The translations under genes were made by a program, and so were the position numbers. DNA of 64,000 bases, taken from Antechinus flavipes (Eukaryota). Shown one piece after another: positions 57,451 to 64,000 of the stretch; the stretch's first letter is position 1; the number at the start of each line of letters is the position of its first letter. Below the pieces are notes generated by a model. The model searched no databases and was not told the DNA's origin. It saw only the letters and a list, made by a program, of their open reading frames with translations. Location: contig NC_067398.1 of NCBI RefSeq assembly GCF_016432865.1, forward strand, positions 311,364,001-311,428,000. The letters run 5' to 3'.

Positions 57451-59249
57451 AAGACCATGATGCAGTGACAGGATATAGGAATGGGTTAAGGGTTAAGCTT
57501 CAATGTCAGTAATCAGTGATTGGTCCAGGAATCATTGATTGGAATGATAACTACTAAATAACAATTTTCCATTTAGGGTCAATGTTAGAAGCTACTCATG
57601 TTCAAGAGGTGAGGGTTAAAGGTCAGTGATTTTTTTCAGAGTCAGCATTAGGATTCAGGAATTGGATTGACTGGTTTGTTTGGTCATAGAGTAGCATTAG
57701 ATTTAAATGGTTAGGAATCAGAAAGAATTTTAGACTTTAGGATTGTCAGGTTAGTGTAGGAGTCAGTGATTAGATCAGGATCAGTATTGAAGTTATGGTT
57801 AAATTTGGAACTCACAGGCTTAGAACTCATAAAAGGTTGCAATTGAGGTCAATATGAGGGATCATGGATTAATTGGTCTCAAGATTTATGGTCTATCATA
57901 AATCCTCATCATGTAGTACCTCAATCATGAGCTGAGCTTAGTCCCCCCAATTTAGACCGTTCCACCATTTCCTTTGTAGTTATCAGAACATCTCAAGCAC
58001 CTCTGAGTAGAGAACCAAAATCCTGGGTTTGGGGCCCCAGGTTCCATTGGCACGGTTTCAGGCTCTACTACAGGCCATTTGATAGCCAAAGTCTCTCCAC
58101 TGATTTCAATGCTTCTCAGGTAAAATGGAAAGTAGATAGTGGCATGGAAAGGGCAAGGACTTACTGTTTTCTTATTTGGAAAAGTATTGCCAGTTTGTCT
58201 GTGGGTGGGCAGTATGCCCTAAGGTAATCAAAAATGAAGTAGATTTGAGGAGAATGGCTTTGTGCCCAGAAAGTTCAACCCCATTTTTCCCTTGTTCCAT
58301 AGTCACTTAGTTCCTATCCCCCTCCCTTGGACCTGACTAGAGCAGAGGGTAGGAGATTATGACTTCCTGCTTTTCACATCCTCCTTGACCTCCCCTCACA
58401 ACCCCCCTTCTGTGTATGTATTTTTTGTTGTTTTTTTTTTTTTTAACAAAAATTCCCACCAACTTAACTTCCCCCTGGGTCCCTTACCATCTGCTGAGTC
58501 CCTCAACCCTAGACATGCTCTGAGTTCCCTTACTTTTTCAGTTTGGCATCTCCCCAATTCTGAGCTTCTTCCAGTTCCCTGGTCCAGTCACAGATCTTCC
58601 TTCTCCTTCCCCAACAAGAAAAGGGGAAATGAGGCCTGAGAAGGAAGCTGGTCTCTGCTGATCACATCCCCAGCCTGGCCACTGACCACACCCAGGTCTT
58701 AACCCTCAGCTTGGCCCACTCACTGATCCCACCCTGATCTCACCCCTACCTTAGCCAAAGAGTTGACTATATATATCCTGATATCATTCTCCTTGGCAAG
58801 CCATCTCCTGACTTTACTCTGACCTAACTCCAAGGCCAATTCAGCCACTTACTGTACTCTCCAGTATCAATCACTTCAATTTCTGGCCACTGACTAGCTT
58901 GCCTCTTTTCTAACCCTTAAGAGAATGAGCTGAGTATTCCAAGGTCTCTTGGGACTTCAAGTCTGTGAGGAGAAGGGGGGGAGGGGAAGGCAAAGTATTT
59001 CCATGTAGGAGGAGGTTAGTGTGTTTACAAGCGAGAAGCTTTAACCTCTCACTTAAAATGCAGTTCTTTTTGTCCAATTTTCTGTTGGGTGTAGCTACCC
59101 AGATGCCCCATGGGTACCTCAAATTCCATAAATTCAAAACTGAACTCATCTTTCCTATCATATCAGCTTCTCTCCCTCTACTTTTTTGAATTTTTTAATG
59201 GGTAACACTATTTTTGTAGTCACTTGTACTCAAAAACAGAATTATTTCG

Positions 59250-59405
59250 ACCTCCAGGTGACACAGCAGATAGAACACGAGCACGGGAGTCAGGAGGACG
59301 TGAGTTCAGATCCAGCCTCACACTTGACATTTAGTAGCTGTATGATCCTGAACAAGTCACATAATCACGATTGCCTTGCAAAAAAAACAAAAAAAAACCC
59401 AAAAC
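59250..59405 (+). mobile_element. WSINE1-like marsupial SINE
   Basis: GGAGTCAGGAGGACGTGAGTTCAGATCCAGCCTCA...GATTGCCTTGCAAAAAAA. Confidence 0.75.
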
Positions 59406-59419
59406 TTAAAAGTTAGCAT

Positions 59420-60205
59420 TGACTCTTATATTGCCCCTCTCCCATCAAATCTTCTTCATCCTACTTCTTTATAGCACTTCTCATTAGTCCTTTCCTTCCC
59501 ATTCCAACTACCATTACCCTAAGTCAAAGAAGTCTCCCAATTGGTCTTACCTTCAGCATCTCTTGTCTTTTTATCTATCCTGTATACCATCCTCAGAACA
59601 GTCTTCCCAATCACAGCACTAATTATGTCATTCCACTATTGGTTCCCTCTTACCAATAATAAAGTCCAAATTCGGTCTTCTATTCAAGTCCGTCAGTAAT
59701 CTAGCCCAAGTTTTTCCTTACACTTGCCTATGTACATCCTTATAAATAGTCACTTTTCTCTACACATTTCCCTATTATCATTAATATCTCATTATTTTTT
59801 AATATGTAAATTCTGTCCTTTGCGCCTGTCAGTCTATATCTTTTATGTACACCTACTGAAAGAAATAAGCAGGTTGTAATAGGTTTGCAGTTTCACATTC
59901 AGTCATCTTTTTTTATATATACTATACTAAGGAAATGCTTTATTCCATAAATTAAAAAAAAAAGAAAGAAAGAAATCCTACCCACTTTAAATGTTATAGT
60001 CTCAAAAACACTTTCTCTGGCTGCCCTCAATCAGACATGATCTCTCCCTTCTCTGAACCTTCCCAGCACTTACTTAGAGCCTACCTTGTATTAGATTTAT
60101 TTGTGGACTTATCTCACCACCCCTACTAGAGTTTTGAGGACAAGAGACCTACCTTATTCACCTTTGTATATCCAGTAATACTTTATACCTAGTAGGCATT
60201 CATTA
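59420..60205 (+). mobile_element. LINE-2 3' fragment with nested A-tailed insertion (about 59740-59975)
   Basis: L2 body and tail (CCTAGTAGGCATTCATT) interrupted by a segment ending TTTATTCCATAAATTAAAAAAA. Confidence 0.6.
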
Positions 60206-62730
60206 GGTATTTGCCTGACGGAAGGTAGGAGCAGTGTGTAGACAATTTAGGGAATTGGGGAAGAGATATGGAGAGTTATATGGGTAAAGGGGTTCTATAT
60301 AGGAGAGAAAGGTATTATACATATGGAGAAAGGTCAGGGCGTATATAACGGGAGTAGAAGAAGTGTGGAAGGGAATTAGTTTGATTTGGCCTAATCCTTC
60401 TCTGGTTGCCCAGTCCAGTCCAGTCCTACATGAGCCTCCCACAGCCTGAGGCCGGATGTGTCAGCATCTAACCCACAGGGTTCCCCCTCCTCCCTGTGGT
60501 TAAGACTCAGACGCCAAATTTGGTAACAGACACTAAGTATAAACTCCCCTAGTCCTGTCTATACTTTCTGACTTATTCTTCATCTATCACTGCCTTTTTC
60601 TGTCTCTCATATCTCTATCTTTCATATGTATGCATGATCTCCCTTCTCTTTTCATCAGCTTCTCTTAATATCTTTGTTTTTATCTCCTCTCTGACCCTCT
60701 TTTTCTCCATTTCCTCATCTTTCACTGCTTTGCCTGTACATTGTGTACCCCACTTCCCCCCACCTTCCCTCAAGCACACACACACATTCCATTCCTTGCT
60801 GGGTTGTGACACCTCCCCTTCCCTCCTCCTCCCCCCCTCATTGCCCAACTCCTCTGGAATGTGACTCTGGAATGTCTTGAGGGAGGGGGATTCCCTCGAG
60901 GAGGAGGGGAGAGAGAAAGGGACTTTGCTAAATGGGAAAAGATGATGGAAAATAGCTCCCTGGACATAATCTTTAAGGGACCCTCTTCTCAAGAGTGTAT
61001 TACTCTTCTTCCCATCATAGGACTATATATGTAGAGCTGAAAGGCACCTCAGAGGCTGTCCAGTCCAAATTCATTTTGCACATGAGGAAACGGATGCCTC
61101 CCAAAGAGTTTAAGTGACTTGTTCAAGAGCACATGGATAATAATTGTCAAATGTTGTGGGATTGGAACTCAAGCCTTTGACTCTAGTCAGTGCTCTTTCC
61201 CCTGCCTCTTTTTATCATATTCAGTAGGAAGAAAGGGGGCATGACTCAGTTCTCTTATCGGGGTCTCACCAGAGGTTTCAGTGGTTTCCTGCCCAAATGA
61301 TGGGGATTCTGTGTGTCCGGAGGAAACTGGGGTATGAGGGTTCACATTTTCAGGCCAGGATGAGGAATTCTTGCTAGTTCTGTTCTGAATTTTGCCAGCT
61401 GCCTGCTTCTCTGAATTGCTCCGGTGTGATCAGTACTCCCACCACCAGGTTGGTTTAAATACAGGGAATGGCTCAGTGATGAAGAGAGTGGGAGATGGGA
61501 ACTGTAAACAGGGATGAAGGGATTTTGGTGGGAAGGTAGGGAAGGCACAGATCAAGGCTAAGGCTCTCTCCTCAGGAATCTTTGGCCCATTTATACTCCA
61601 GAAACCACTGGTTCAGCTCTTCCCCCATCATTTGTTATCTCTCCCCTTTACCCCATGATTATATGTCCCCAAATTGCCCTGCTGCCTGTCCTCTCGAACC
61701 ATCTCCTCCTTGATTCTCTCTCCCAAATTGTTACCAGCACTCTTTCACTTCTCAGGTCCCTAAATCCTCCAAATCCTCTTATCATCATCCTTCAATTTCT
61801 TGCTCAGCCACCTGTCTACAGCTAATTTGCCTTTTAAAAGTTGTGACAGTAGGAAATTAATATTTTCAGCCTGCAGGCATACTCCTCCTTTAGCCGGGAG
61901 ATAGCCAATCATTATACAGCATTTGGTAATGTCAATGGCTGCCAGGAAAATTCTGCTGTAATGAAAAAGAGCCCTGTGCTACTTGCCTCTTGATACCAAT
62001 GACCTGCTGAACCAAACTATTAGAAAAGGGGAAGATATCAAGGAAAAGGGGATATAGAGGAAAGGAATGGGGAAAAAAAATTGGTTCTCAAGGAAAGTTT
62101 GGAGGAATCAAGTTAGATAGAAGTTAAAGGTACAGATTATAACAGTGGGCCATTTTAAAGTGAACTACAGACAAGATTTAAACATGGGTAAGACCGTATA
62201 TCACATTTGATTCCCCAGGAGTCTGTAGAACTGCTCACTACCTGAGAGCTTTAAGAAAAGAAAATAATGAGAGGAGTGGATTAGAAATTTGGGAGAGAAT
62301 AGAAGTGCTGACAGTGAACTGAGGGGGAAACACAAGGATACCTCAGAAGCAGGTGGCAAGTTATCTGTCAGGTGGCTTAAACAATAATCTCTGAAGCCAA
62401 TGGACTGAATTGTTCAGTTTCTTGACTTTTACACTCCTCCACAGCTTTATGGAAGTAGCCTCAAGAGAAAGATAATGGCTTCATCCATGGAAGGGAGAAA
62501 AGAAGGAAAAATACTAACGGAGAATAGAGAAACAAAAGGCAGGGGATGGAAAACAAAAACTAAAGCAAGAAAGACATGAGGGGACAAATAGAAAGATAAG
62601 CTGAAAAATCCTCAAGAGCTCAAAAAAGTGAGCAACAGGGTCCAGGCTGACTTTTCTTTGTGGGGTTATCTTAAAGCTAGGAACAGCTCTTTTTTTTGGC
62701 TTATTTATTTGGAGTTGGGTTGGTTTTTGG

Positions 62731-62899
62731 TTTTGTTGTTATTGTTGTTTTTGCTGAGGCAATTGGGGTTAAATGACTTGCCCATGGTCACACAGCTAGG
62801 AAGTATTTGTGTCTGAGACCAGATTTGAACCCAGGTCCTCCTGACTTCAGGGCCAGTGCTCTATCCACTGTGCCACTTAGCTGCCCTTTTTTTGTTGTT
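62731..62899 (-). mobile_element. Young WSINE1-like marsupial SINE
   Basis: GCTGAGGCAATTGGGGTTAAATGACTTGCCC...GATTTGAACCCAGGTCCTCCTGACT...CACTTAGCTGCCC; possible TSD TTTTGTTGTT at 62731-62740 and 62890-62899. Confidence 0.85.
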
Positions 62900-63040
62900 T
62901 TAAAACGGACTCCCTACTTTGCCTGATCACCTTTCTTAGTATTACTTTTCTACCACTCAAGTCCCCCAGTGTCTCTCCCGTGAAGCTAACATCCCATTGC
63001 CACCCAGCAGGTGTAGCCAGAAAGAAGAGAAGCCGCCAAC

Positions 63041-64000
63041 ATGGTTGCCCTGTCGCTGAAAATCAGCATTGGGAATGTCGTGAAGACTATGCAGTTTGAG
63101 CCATCTACCATGGTGTATGATGCTTGCCGAATCATCAGAGAGCGCATCCCAGAAGCCTTAGCTGGTCCTCGTAAGTCTCTAGGCTCTGGATGGAGGAAAG
63201 CAGGGACATTGGGCTAAATCCTGGGAGAAATTTACACAGCTCTCCTCCTACTAATACCCATGTAGTCCCTTTCCAGTTGGTTTCCTTATTAAGTCCCTTA
63301 AGCAGGAAGGGATTGAGCCCTCCTTCCCCTGACTAAACTATTGCTCTACTTCTAGTTTTGGATTGTGATATATCTCCTGGGGCAAATAGTGAACCACACC
63401 ATAGACAGGGGTCTGTAGTATGTTATGGAACTTTCTGTGTTGTAGGAGCAGCTTGCATGTAAGGGTGAAGGGTGGGAAATTCTAAGTCTGGCTTGGATTA
63501 ACAACTGTTCTTTTTCAGCCAATGACTTTGGGCTGTTTCTATCGGATGATGACCCCAAAAAGGGTATCTGGCTAGAGGCTGGAAAAGCCCTGGATTACTA
63601 CATGCTTCGAAATGGAGTGAGTATTTCTAAACTCCAGACCTTTCTCTTTGCAACTCTGTAACCCCATCTCTAGTTCCTCTGACCACTGTAGACCTAACCA
63701 GAGTCAGACTTTGACTACCTCCATACGTGAGGAGCACAACTCTCTTTGAACCCTACTCTGTTTCAATCTGTGATCACTCAGTTCCCTTTGTACAAACTGA
63801 TTCTCACATTTTGGATACTGAAACAACCAATAAGTTGTCTCCTCAATGCTCCTCAACACCCCATCCACCAGTCTAAGATGCTGCCTTTCTTTCTGGCTCC
63901 ATCTAGGACACCATGGAGTATAGAAAGAAGCAGCGGCCCCTAAAGATCAGAATGCTGGATGGAGCTGTAAAAACCATCATGGTGGATGATTCTAAGACAG
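63041..64000 (+). CDS. TLN1: Talin-1, first three coding exons (FERM F0/F1 region), truncated by window end
   Basis: Exons 63041-63170 (exon begins 63011), 63519-63616, 63907 to beyond 64000. Translation MVALSLKISIGNVVKTMQFEPSTMVYDACRIIRERIPEALAGPPNDFGLFLSDDDPKKGIWLEAGKALDYYMLRNGDTMEYRKKQRPLKIRMLDGAVKTIMVDDSKT. Confidence 0.97.

Overview
Mammalian genomic DNA; marsupial-type SINE and L1 sequences suggest a marsupial (inference). The window holds the gene block syntenic with human 9p13.3: MSMP (+, 21518-22542), RGP1 (-, 22782-26632), GBA2 (+, 27839-48693), CREB3 (-, 49223-53141) and the 5' end of TLN1 (+, noncoding exon 1 ending at 55019, CDS from 63041 running off the window). I rebuilt all coding exons by hand; every intron is GT-AG and the frames are intact. 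The genes alternate head-to-head (RGP1/GBA2, CREB3/TLN1) and tail-to-tail (MSMP/RGP1, GBA2/CREB3). Bases 1-18000 are repeat-rich intergenic DNA (L2, MIR/MAR, L1, a hAT MITE) with a 134-N gap. I found no CRISPR array, rRNA or tRNA gene, and no clearly new protein-coding system. The best leads are regulatory or evolutionary: an orphan CpG island with a strong minus-strand donor, a split CREB3 5' leader (CRE plus ZNF143 promoter, uORF), a KDEL-like CREB3 tail, bZIP/bHLH motifs in the RGP1/GBA2 promoter, and a G-rich minisatellite plus a CArG/TEAD/AP-1 enhancer candidate in TLN1 intron 1. Comparisons with human proteins and repeat consensus sequences are from recall and need confirming by alignment.
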